Positions 25,273-37,259 of a DNA stretch of 64,000 nt are shown here, piece by piece. Numbering within the stretch: position 1 is the first letter of the stretch; the number at the start of each line of letters is the position of its first letter. A program made the translations under genes and the position numbers. The DNA is from Trichoplax adhaerens. Lineage: Eukaryota > Animalia > Placozoa. Location: positions 432,371 to 496,370 of the forward strand of contig NW_002060959.1 in assembly GCF_000150275.1 (NCBI RefSeq), given 5' to 3'. The notes under the pieces are model-generated. The model ran no database searches. It was not told the DNA's origin and worked only from the letters and a program-made list of their open reading frames with translations.

Positions 25273-25358
25273 AAATGTACTTATAAATACTTGTAAATGT
25301 ACTTATAAATAACTTGTAAATGTACCTATAAAGTACTTATAAATGTGCTTATAAGTAT
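25273..25358. repeat. Degenerate minisatellite (aaatgtacttat-like, 10-12 bp)
   Basis: About 7 variants of aaatgtacttat / aaatacttgt in tandem. Confidence 0.8.
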
Positions 25359-27385
25359 CTTAGTAAAATTTATGATAGTTCAAGTATGTTAATTTCAGCT
25401 TCGTAGAAATTAATATTAATGATAGGATTTCGCTCTCATATTGAGCTCTGCAAGTATTATATGAAGTTGCTCGTAATCTTATGTTATAAACGAGTTAGGT
25501 AACGTATTTAAGCAGTCATATTTTTCTCTTCTTATTGTTCTTAGTCCTTCTTTTCTAAGATCTGCTCCTGGGAGAAGTTTTTCTTTATCTGCTAGAGCTA
25601 ATTCTCTTTTTACAAAGTTTTTCAATCCTTAGAGAATCAGTAATAAAATCGGCTGTATGATCGTATGCTGAGTGAAGTTAGTTAAAGAGGTTTTGCTATA
25701 CAACCGCATGTTCTCTTTAAGTGGTATACAAGTTTATACAAGCTTATAGCATTCCATATCAAGTTGAGAACTAGTTCAGCAGAGGATTTGCAACTTGCAA
25801 ATACACACAGCAAAATATATTTGATTTGTCAAGTATTTTGTCAGAAAAGAAGCTACATTTACTAATTAATTCAGTCAGTCTCTGCTATAGAGATAAAAAT
25901 AGACATTTTCATCTCTATCTTTCCTTCTACATGAAGACGGTTGATTTTAATGTTTGTATAGAATACGTGTATGCTAGATTATATTGCAATATTTCCCATC
26001 GAAATAATTTTCTGACGCCCTTAAAATAACTGAAATCTGGTAATGTATAATTCTGTTAAAAATTTTAGTATCCGTATAAGTATTGGCATGGCTTGATGTC
26101 TCAATGATATCAAGTTTCAGTGGCAAGGGACCGTTATAGTTACATTATAAACAAATTTAAATAAAACTAGATCTAAAAATCAGGATAAGAAGGGATTTGA
26201 TAGTGTTTTGATACCAGTTCATCACCAGCGAGAATGTTGATTACTTGCAAATTTAGTAGATGCTTTCAAAGTTATAATGATGCTCCTGGATAATGCGTTG
26301 ATAAGATCATTTTAACTTGTCAAGTCTTCTCTATGCTCTTAGTTTACAACGTATATTGGAACAGAAGGATTTTGATCAAACTATCTCTCACTAAGTTATC
26401 TAGCATTTAAAAAATTCAATCAATATTCAAAGATTTACCTCTAGTATGAATAATTTAGTACTGAATTACGAAATGCTCATTTACTTCATATTTATTCACT
26501 TTATAGGAAGAAATTAAGTATTCGTTAACATCTCGATATTTGACTTTTGAACGCTTAATCGTTTTAGTATGGCTACTAGTGATGAAAGTTTTGATTATAG
26601 TATCGATTATCTGATTTATCATTACCATTTTCAAATGTTACTATGAGGAGAAGAAATAGCAATTCCTCTCGAGCTATACTATCACAATATACTATACTTA
26701 TAAAGTTCAATACAATATCAAAGTGATGATATCCCATTCGAGATTTGCCCAATTTTAATGGCTCCAATTTTTGGAGTTCGTCATTACGAGCTGAAGGGAT
26801 ATAGAACCCTTTCACTCCAAACTACAATTTAATCAGATAGATTGTTTCAATTCCAAAACGATTTTTATTAGTTTATTTGTATTGTCATGCAAATCCATGA
26901 CTTATAGATCTACTCTATAACACCCATTAACTTGATTATACTATTCGAATAACATTACGGTTTGCATACTTGTAAAGAATAGAATGTTCTATTGCCATGG
27001 TTATAAGCAAGTTTGGGATAGGTCAATATTCAAATAATACTTTTAGCATTATATCAGTGATAGAATTTTTCAACTGGATTGGGCATCTACTCAAATAGGG
27101 CGGATCTAAGCGCATTGGTCAGTTAGAATAAAATAAATATATATATAGGCATAATTAGCTGCTGAACGCTGTTATAACAAGTTTAACATCACACATGCTG
27201 AATCGGCTAGATTCAGAATAGAAACAAGTTTATTTTCAAATTAATTGATTTGTCTTCGAGCTCCATCTCTAGTCTTTTATTATCGTTGTAAGCGGATTTC
27301 TGCGATCGATTTCAGATTGAATTGCATCCATTCTGGTCAATATATTTTTTATGCGTTTGCATCGATTGTAAAAGAGCTGCTAACC

Positions 27386-28159
27386 ATGCCTAAAAGAGGT
27401 CGTGTAAGTACGAAATTTAGAGCCAAAGTCAACACTCTCATGCGACAAGCTGCTAATGCTGGTGATCATGAAAAATATCAAAAGAAAATAGACTGCTATG
27501 ATAAAATTTTAACAATGATCGATGAAGATACAAGTCGTGATCCTAGCCTTGCCGACTTACTTTGCCAGATATATCAGAATATGGCTATCGTCTACCAAGA
27601 TGGTCAAGACTATTCACAAGCTTTACATTACTGTGATCTTGCTGAACAAGCTATCCAAAATACTGAATATGACACTCGAATTCCAGACGTATGGGAAACA
27701 CGAGGTTGTGTCTATCATGAACAAAAAGCCTATAGCCAAGCTGTAGAGGCTTTACATAAGAGTTTGCAATTAAAAATGCAGATCTTTGAGTATTGTGAGC
27801 ATCATATAGAACTTGTCCCTACTTACGAACGCTTGGGTGATTCCTATCAAGATTTGGGGAAGACTGACGAAGCGCTCAAGTTCTTCCAGAAAGAGCTTGA
27901 TGCATTGGTAAATAATGATACAGATCCCTCAGAAATTGCAACAACTTATAACAAAATAGCCTATTCACTTCAAGAAGAAGAGCGATATGAAGAAGCCCTA
28001 GCTGTGCTACAAAATGCCCTAGAAATAGAACAAGAAATATTCCAACATGATGATGAAGGTCTTCGAAGAACCTACCAGAACATGACTCATCTCTACATTA
28101 AATTGGGAAGGCAACAGGAAGCGGATAAAATGTTAAATCAATGTATAGATCTAGAGTAA
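27386..28159 (+). CDS. Short intronless TPR protein, 257 aa, paralog of 24283-25068
   Basis: First ATG at 27386 (MPKRGRVSTK); shares CYDKILTMIDE...DPSLADLLC cap and TPR repeats. Confidence 0.88.
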   Translation: MPKRGRVSTKFRAKVNTLMRQAANAGDHEKYQKKIDCYDKILTMIDEDTSRDPSLADLLCQIYQNMAIVYQDGQDYSQALHYCDLAEQAIQNTEYDTRIPDVWETRGCVYHEQKAYSQAVEALHKSLQLKMQIFEYCEHHIELVPTYERLGDSYQDLGKTDEALKFFQKELDALVNNDTDPSEIATTYNKIAYSLQEEERYEEALAVLQNALEIEQEIFQHDDEGLRRTYQNMTHLYIKLGRQQEADKMLNQCIDLE

Positions 28160-29019
28160 TATCCTACTGTATACATGTATTACGACATTATCAAGACAAT
28201 TGCGACTAAATATAGGCGACTGTACAGAAAATGATTTCTTACGTTGTAGCGATGCACCTTATATTGGATTGTATTGATGGCTCCATTTGATATGTAGTAG
28301 TTAGCTTTCTAAGAATAAATAGGATCGTAATGCTTATATTAGTTGATTGCTAATAACTAATGTTAATCAGTTAGCTAAATAGGGTAATTAACTCGATATG
28401 ATATGATATACTGCAATGGTGAAGACGCCACTACCTCACGGTGTTAGATACTGAATTAATTAATGGAAGAATCAAGATATATTAAGCAGATTGATTCGTA
28501 TTGTAAACATATTGATAATCTATTCGAAGAAAAAATCTTCTGTTTGATGTCTTAAGTCTGATTGTAGGCAACATTGTTGCACTAAAGAAATTAAACCAAA
28601 TGTATAGAAGCATTGTAGAGATGAGCTTGGAGTAGACTAAATTTAAGTTCTTTCGAGCTCATGGTGCTTTAGATTAGATTCTTGTTCTAGTCAGTTATTT
28701 ATTGCTCTACTATTCTTAACTCTGTAATAAAAGTCTTGATCCATTAATACTAACTCACTAGAATCTCTGTAAATGTTCCTAACCATCATATGAAATTCAG
28801 TTAGCATAGTTAGTATAATCAGTAAGTTTTAGCAGACTTTCATATCGTTACTACGCGTTCGAATCAATACGATTTGAAAGTCTACCATGATAACTTACTT
28901 CAATAGAACGAATCCAAGATCCAAAAGAAAGACTAAAGAAATTCTAAATTCAGTTATAATTTCACTACTCTTAAACAATTTGTTATTCGATTTGGATCTT
29001 AGCATCCATTTTGCTCGCT

Positions 29020-29940
29020 AAAATTCTTAATAATTGATATGGGTTGGAACAAGATGTTACCACTTCCATACTTGTTAATTACGACGTTGGGCTTTCTGTT
29101 ATCCACGTCACATAATTTGTCCATATACTTATTCCATCGCTTTCCAGAAATTTTCGCTAGTCTTAAATGTATCAACTGCTTTCATTTTATTCAAAATATA
29201 AAATCGGTGACGAAGTTAATGCAGATTTAGTTAGCTCACGCAGAATGAAGCACCATATTGTAATCTCAGCGTAGAGCATTTATCTATGTTGCAAATAATA
29301 GCATCGTTCAAACAGAATAAAGCTATATTTTGGATCATTTTACATCAGCCGCAGAGTTTGGAAAGTCCATCTTTTGCCAATTTCCGGAAGAGAAATATCT
29401 AGATCAACCTGAAGCAGCCTTCTGATATACAACGGGAGGCTATATTGATATATTTGTACTTGTTATTATAATTTAATCAATATGATACTCATAATCAAAT
29501 GAAAAGCACATAAATGAACAAGAGAATTACGTATCCAAAAGTAGTATCGTTCGGACAGGATAAAGCTGTAATTGGATCATTCGAATCAGTCCAAGAGACT
29601 GAAAAGTCCGTCCGAATCTAGCGAATCTCTTAGGAAGCTTCAAACTGGAAATAGGATAGATGATTTGTATAATATACAGGTGTTAATTTCATAGCTACCT
29701 GTCTAGATATGTATGCAATTAAACTTTCTTGTAATGATGTTAGTCTAAAGTCTCTTTCTCAAGCAATGCCTCGTAATTTACAGCCAGGGTTTGAAAAACA
29801 GCTTTCTTAGACAAGCTACACATACCCATCAATGCTAACCAAAAGGCGATCTCACCCGTATCATGAGACTGATTATACTATATTTTAGGACTTGTGGCAA
29901 TACGTGCTACAAAATGCAACACTGAAACATTGAAATTATA
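29020..29940 (-). pseudogene. PERK luminal-domain remnant D
   Basis: DFSVSWTDSNDPITALSCPND resembles copy [22 protein letters not shown] (present twice, ~29300-29380 and ~29540-29610); aataaaatgaaagcag and aacaagtatggaag match copy A exon 9; stops and deletions. Confidence 0.75.
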
Positions 29941-30338
29941 TTTTATTTATTGAATATTGGAAGTATTCTTTTTAAAGCCATAATTCCGCGTCATCATTCA
30001 GTGATTTAAAAATGTCCTTACAGAACAAATAAAAAAACTTGATCTATCTATGTAATAAAAATTTCAATATTCCCATCTGCTACCAATTACGCGCATACCA
30101 TATTCTATATTATTGGCTCTTTTGTAAGGCATTATTACTCTTTTATAACCATGACAATAGTTAGTAGCAATGACAATACGGCTAGTCGAGTTGGATACTG
30201 AATAATCAGCTACGTATATCTGCTATAATTTAGTTTTATCACAGTCTGCAAGAAACATGAAATGCTAAACACTAGATATGATAAGAACTAGAAAAAATTT
30301 TCCTGCATATCACCGCTATTATATAATTAAACGACTCA

Positions 30339-33300
30339 TTATAACACTTTAATCTTAGCATATACTTCGCTCGCTAGAATTTCTTCAGCAAGCGGGCGTT
30401 GTTTTGGGTTACTGCAAAGCAACCATCTTATGAAATTCGCCTAGCATAGTTAACAAGTTAAAAGAATGAATTTTTGTTGACTTTTAAATCGTATTGATTC
30501 GATAACATAGCATACCTCTAAAGGCTTGTCCATGCTAAACGTATTATCAAACTCATTCCGCTCTCGTAAATTAGATAAGAGCTATAAAGCAGGTCAATGT
30601 TTTCAATCACTTTCTACCTTTATTACTTTTGACACTCTATTTAAATATTTTAGTTGATTGAACTTACTTTGATTCGTTCCATTCCAGTTCCCATCGGATG
30701 AAGCAGCTCATAAAGTATTATACCTAATGCATAAATATCTACTTTTTGGTTGTAACATTTCTCATACACCTAGCGGGGTTATTTAAAACCAAGCATATTA
30801 TATACTTCAATCAACACTAAAAAGCAAACGGTACATACTGTATAAATTACCTGTTCAGGACTCATATATAATAAAGTACCCACATTCCTAGTATATATTT
30901 CACGTTTATAACCTTTAGACGTGCTTTGGGATAAATTATCTATCATGTCTGCAGTCACAAATTAACTTGTCAATACGTAATTAACGTTTGTACAATTCAT
31001 ACTATCCATTTTTAAATAGTTTAAATTTCTGATTTGTAGCGGTAACAGTACCATAGTCATTGTAATCAATTGCTAATCCAAAATCGCCAATTTTTATAAG
31101 GCCATCCATAGAAAAGAATATGTTGGCGGGCTACAGTATCAACAGGTAATTCATATTATAAACGTTATGACGATGATATCATGATTTTACCAAACGACAT
31201 TGATACTATGAGTTATCCTATTGACAGTACTACTTTTAAATCTCTATGAATTAAACCAATATCATGGATGTAAACGAGGGCCTTGAGAATCTATAAATTA
31301 AGAATTAAGAAGTGGCAAAGATTTGTGTATTGTGTACGCTAGCAAAGATGAGTACATGATAGATACAATTGCTTAGAAAGAGTGCCACACAATATGTTAC
31401 CTTGATTTCTACTAGAGGCTTACCTGATCAAATATATCATAACATATACTAATGTTCCGATTTTGATGATGTATTTGCAACCATTTGCTCAACGTTTCCG
31501 AATGGCATAGTTGCATTTGAATGATTAAATAGCTAAAAGGCTTTACCACTTCTGTCGGACAAGACTGAGGGTATTTTCTTGCTTTTTCAACACCGAAATG
31601 GACATAAGATGACGATGATGTCATCTCAACTGCGTTGCTATCGGATTGTCTGCTACTAGCAAACGGTAATGTCGCATCTCGTTCTTCGAAGATAATTCTT
31701 GAGCTCGAATTACTGGGAGTAAGGTCGTCATTCATTTTAAAAGCGATTTCTACCAAATCACTACCGCTTTCTTTTCCAAGTAAAGATTATAGAAAAATTA
31801 CGCTACTCAAAGAATTATCGTTGCTAGTATTGCCATTATCGTTACCTATCAAACTTGATAGTCTGTGAATATTCATATGCGAAAACTGAGAATTGGACTC
31901 GCTTTCTTCACTATAAGATTACAAAAATAAATCAAAATCTTGCTTTTTTTGCTAATATGATGCAAATTTCAACGCTATTTTAGTTGTCGGTGACATCATC
32001 TAGTACCTAGCAAATAGGTCTAAGTTATTTGACCCATTGCAGGATAATTTTTCTATCCATGCGTTGTAATACCGTATCGTTCCAATGTTATCTAGTTTCG
32101 CCAGTACCTTTACTTCGCGTAACACTTTTTCACGCTTATCATCCCTAAAAAAATGAATATAAACAGTTGCTTTATCAAGACTATTCTTTAAAATTTGATA
32201 TTTAATCAAATCTATCTTTTAGCCATTTTTCAATGCAATCGCTGTTTACTTGTTAGGCAATTGCAATATTTTAAGTGCGTAATCCTGGTTATCCAATTTG
32301 TTTCTGGCTTTCATCACAACACCATAGCCACCACTTCCAAGCTTCTCTTTTAGTTCGAATTCGTTTTGCAACCTAATGATGAAATTTGTACAACTGCCTA
32401 TGATTATGAAAAAGGCTACCATACTTTTCATCAATCGCAATCAGCATAACACAGTCAATTACCGTGAAATTTGCATAATCTCTCCATTACCAGTGTTGAT
32501 ATTCTAAAAGATATTACAGGCGTATTTCATAAATTTAATGTTACGGTATGTTAATAACTAAAGCTTCTTATCACCAAATCGCTTTTGCTTAAGATAGTAC
32601 ATGCTGTTAACGTTTCAGATAAGTGAGATACGGAACTAAAAATTATCCCATTATATTATATCCTATGCGATATATTTATTTATCGATTAGTGAGAGCAAC
32701 ATTAAGCTACTAAAGTTACCAAATTGGAAGCTTCGCCCTCGTTTGGCACTTGAGAATTAATTTCTATTATTGAGTTAGCAGCATTAACTTTATGATCATC
32801 GGCTGCCGATTCACGTTTTCTAGACTGACACTATACCATGATCCGGATAAAGTAGCAAATGATAATATTTCAGATAAAGGAGATAAGAATCTTTGGCGCT
32901 AATGATATTATATTATTATATTATATCCTAAACGATATATATCGATCGCGAGTACAATTAAAAACTTAATTTACCACATTGGAAACTCGGTCCTCGCTTG
33001 ATACTTGCGATTTATTTTCTAATTTGGAGTTGGCAGCATCTATTTCATGATCTTCGGTTGTCGATTCGTCATTTCCAAGCTGATACTTTACCAGATAGTA
33101 CAGGATTACAAACTTAATGCCGTAAATCACCAGTAGACATGTCCTAATCATGATGATAATAAAATCAGATTTAGGGATTGTAGTAAAATGTTAAGCCAAA
33201 ATGAAATAATACAATAATACAATACTCGTATATATAAGAATCATCTGATATTAATCAAGAAATTGACGCTGTACTATGAAATCGCTACCTTGCTGATGCA

Positions 33301-35917
33301 GATAACATACTAAAGGCCCAAAGACATTGTTTCGATCTAATAATCACCGGACGCTTGCAATATTTTGCCGTAAGAAAGTATTGCGTCTATATCATTTACG
33401 AAATAACAATGTTAATACAATTTTTACCGTACATAAATCGTAAAATCTATACTTTTTAGGAAATGACGTTGTTAATCATCAAGATGAATTAAAATTTCCT
33501 CGTGCTTTAGTAGCGTAGTTTATCTAGTCATAATCTATATTCGTTGATGGCAGAAACATTCTCTGTACAGCTAGTTTGAAAATTAAGTATGGCAACGAGC
33601 ACAGTAAAATCATTTTGCAATTCAGTCCGTCCTTGCTCTCTGAGCAAAACATTCTACGTCATCATATCTACTTAATAGCTAATAGCAACTGTAATACTTT
33701 GCAGAAGGTGATGAACAGAGCATCAAGCCAGCATGCGTAAAATAATATATATTCAATAACTTGTTTGGAACGCTATGCAATATGACAGTCAGAGCATGCC
33801 ACGTGCTTTGAGGGCACAAAAAATCTGCCAGAAAAAAATTGAAGCATGCCAAAATTATGATATCGATCGATTCGCTTTCATATCTATTTAGCTATTTATT
33901 AAAACATGGACGGTAGAGACTATGAATAATCAGTTTGTAGTGCGATAGCGTATGATATCATTTTATCGGATTAATTAGTGGTAAGTCAGAGAGACAAGAT
34001 ACTACCGCAATATCTAAACTACGGCAGCATTTCTATTTCTATTAGATTTGTTAGTGGAATATTTCGCACTTTCTGAACTGTAGTAGCTTGACTATTTAGA
34101 GAAGTTCACGTCGAGATGGTTTAACAAATCTGCAGATTCATTAGCCTTATATAGAACAAGATACTATCACATTTTCTGAACTACGGTAGCTTTTCTATTT
34201 GGAGAAGTTAACGTAAAGATGGTCTAACTAGAGAGAGTGAATGCAATGAATACTATAATTGCGATAATTCGTTCTATATCAAACACTAAAGGATTATTTC
34301 TCGCCTTAAGAAATAGCTACAAAGCCAATCTGTTGAATTGTTGTGTAGCGAAATCAATATCTGTTGTAATTTATTTTATGTAAAGTTGAAATATCATTCT
34401 AATTATTTCTCTATGTATACTGCCTTCCAAAAATAACTCAAGGTGATACCTTACCCTTACGCAGTTTATACTATGGTTTGCTATCGTAGGGATACGTATT
34501 TCCCAAAAATAATTTCCCGTTAGTAATTTATTCTAGTGTTAAAAAGCGTCATATAGTATGATAGGTATTTCTAATAATTTCGATACCGGATAGGAATCGT
34601 AGTTTGTAAGCATTGCAGTTACCTACGGTTTCAACCGGCATGAGCAGCAGTAAAGTAAGCATGTTTTCAATCTAGATATCATTTACAGTAACATGAATGT
34701 AGTGTAATTTGATCTATCTAGCCAGATGACTATAGCAGACTTTACCTCTAAATTCTATTTTATATATCAAGACGACATGGCGAAGAAAGTCAACAATGCA
34801 ACAGTTCAAGAGATCTGATCAGAAATTAAATCAATTTGTCTGATTATCAATCCACTTTTAGGCTGGTGATCGCCATACCTTAAAATATCCATTTTCTTGA
34901 GCATCTACCCGTACACGGTTGCAGTCATCATGGTCGAGAGTAAATCTAGGCTCATCGACTTCTTCCTGTAAATGAAGAGCAGAAATGATAGATTAGTGTT
35001 TTCAGATTAAAAAATATTTCTACTACAGGCTTCTTGCACAAATTATCTATCTATTTTCAGGACGATACTGCAGACATAAATGCTATCTGGCCAATATCAG
35101 CGACGGACTGCTGTTGTACAACTGGATGAACTTTATATGATGATGAAATACTTTTCAGTTTTACCTTGGTCGTTGATGAGAGAAATAGCTTGGAGAATGA
35201 ATGCAAAATCCACCAATATTTTCGTCCGTTATCTTTAGCGTCTGCAGTCCATTTCCTACCCAAGGTGCGAATTGTCATCAATGATTTACTGGAGAAGAAA
35301 GAAGAAACAATTTGTTGTTATTAACGTTCCCTTCATCATTTTTAGTCATAAATGTCTACATGGTAGCTACATGACGGTAAAATGAGTCAAAATTGCATCA
35401 TATTCACTTTTTCCTGTCTTATTTGCGAAACAGTGTATCGATTACTCAATTACCGGTAATTGAATCATCGATTGTGCTGTCACGGAGTTCTACTATTATA
35501 TCAGGAATGGGTAGAAAAAAGTCCAACTTTCACTTTTTAATATTGAGAAAACTGACTCAGAATCAACGCTATATCTCAATATCGAAATACTGAATGATTA
35601 GTGATTAAGTTATCCATAGTTCTATCATGGACCACTGCAAGTCAATAGGAAATATCCTAACTGTACTTCTGAAATATTTAGTCGTCCTATAGTTGTACTA
35701 TCCTATCAGGAATGGGTAAAAAAGTGGAATTTTGACTTGTTCATATCGAGAAAACTTACTAAGAATCAGCGCTGCATGTCAGCCTAGAGGCACTCTCCGA
35801 ATCGTCCAATCCATGAGTACCACATAGAAGCAATGGAAGAATGATCCATACAAAGACAAGGCGGTATCGGAATTGCATCGATATAAGGTTGCAAAAGCGG
35901 CTAACTTGGCAATCCAT
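30339..35917 (-). pseudogene. PERK/EIF2AK3 paralog C: signal peptide, eroded luminal domain, duplicated TM exon, complete kinase with one in-frame TAA (functional status uncertain)
   Basis: Exon 1 (35917-~35759) MDCQVSRFCNL...LVFVWIILPLLLCGTHG; diverged exons 2-3; most later luminal exons absent or decayed. Kinase exons retain GT-AG and [52 protein letters not shown] at 31787-31789 in the kinase insert; terminal stop at 30339-30341. Confidence 0.8.
33995..34230. repeat. Degenerate local repeats in an intron of PERK copy C
   Basis: Variants of gatacta...ctgaactacggtagc...ctattt.gagaagtt.acgt..agatggt.taac at ~33998, ~34067 and ~34160. Confidence 0.6.
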
Positions 35918-36360
35918 TTGTCGATTTGGTAGTCAATATCAATGGAATAATATGGCAGTCCTCTTACCAATATTGGCAGTTGAAAAATGGCAAATTATGT
36001 CATTGCTAATCCTTTTATAGCCACGTCAAAGTACCGTAGGAACTGTAGGATTGTAAGAAGAGCCAAATTAAGTGCATCATTTCCATATCCAACCAATGAT
36101 TATCACGGTAGCATTTTGGGAATCATTTTTTTTCGCCATTTTTGGAGCTATTTAGCTGTGGGATTGACGGACAGCATCATTTTATTTACCTTTCCTACAG
36201 TCAAGCCACTTGAGTACTGTAAGTCAGGCAGTCTGGATTTCCATCTGCACAGCATGGAAGCGTAAAAAATGTGCAGTAGAGTTGTTTTTTTTCAACCAAG
36301 AGTTAGCAACTGTTATTTTTATCAATTCCATTACCTCTACTATCATCCTAGTCGAGGTTG

Positions 36361-36545
36361 ATTCCAGTAGACAAGACTGCTAGTGACAGCAGGACTTGCT
36401 ATTGATGTTGCTAGCCAAAAGAGAGCAAGTCCAACTGCCAATTGTTGCATAGTTGATTTCAGTAGACAAGACTGCCGGCGATGGCTAGACAAGCTACTAG
36501 CCGACAGAGAGCTAGTCTTTAACTGCCATTTTGCTGTATAGTTTT
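36361..36545. repeat. Imperfect ~95-bp direct repeat
   Basis: att.cagtagacaagactgc...ctagcc...gagagc.agtc...aactgcca at 36361 and ~36456. Confidence 0.65.
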
Positions 36546-36619
36546 ATGTTTATAAAATAGATTCAAAGAATAAAGAGTAGACCAAGCTAAAAAGTACTAC
36601 TTTGACGATAGAAATTTAC

Positions 36620-37000
36620 GCTCAGTCTAGTCAAGAAAGGATCCAAGCATTTTTTTGTAGGCGATTCTGAGCCAAAAATGAATATTTCGTATGGTGCACC
36701 TTTGAGAGAAATTTCTCTCACCTTAGATCGATTTCGCCCATTTAGGATATCATAAGTTGAATGTAGCCACTTTAACAAAATAGGTTCAAAGAATGAAAGA
36801 GTCAACAAAGTTAGCTGGAACTAGATTGTTGACAGAAATTGTCACTCAGTTCAGTCAAGCAAGGATTCAAGCATGTTCATGTTGTGTAGACGATTCCGAG
36901 CTAGAAATGAATGTTTTACACGCTGAACCTTGACAGAATATTCCCTCACCTTGACCTATTTCGCCTATCTAGGATATCAATAAGCTAAATGCGGCCACTC
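36620..37000. repeat. Imperfect ~150-bp direct repeat
   Basis: ctcagt..agtcaag.aaggat.caagcat...ctcacctt...atttcgcc.at.taggatatca at ~36620 and ~36845. Confidence 0.75.
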
Positions 37001-37259
37001 AAGGATGCGTTCAAGAAAGAGAAAAACAAATCGACAATGTAATTTTTTACAGCACAGTACAGCAAACTTATTGCATACCTATCGTCTATAATGGTCGATG
37101 CCATGTTTTTGCCGTTGTTAACTCCATCGCTTTCGCTTACTTTCTAAGCTAGATCGCTCATCTGCAGCAGTCACAATCCTTGAATCAATCATCCATAAGT
37201 CGATTCAACAATTGCTCTAACTCTTGAGGGTAACTTTAGTAATTGACGAATAAGTTTCG

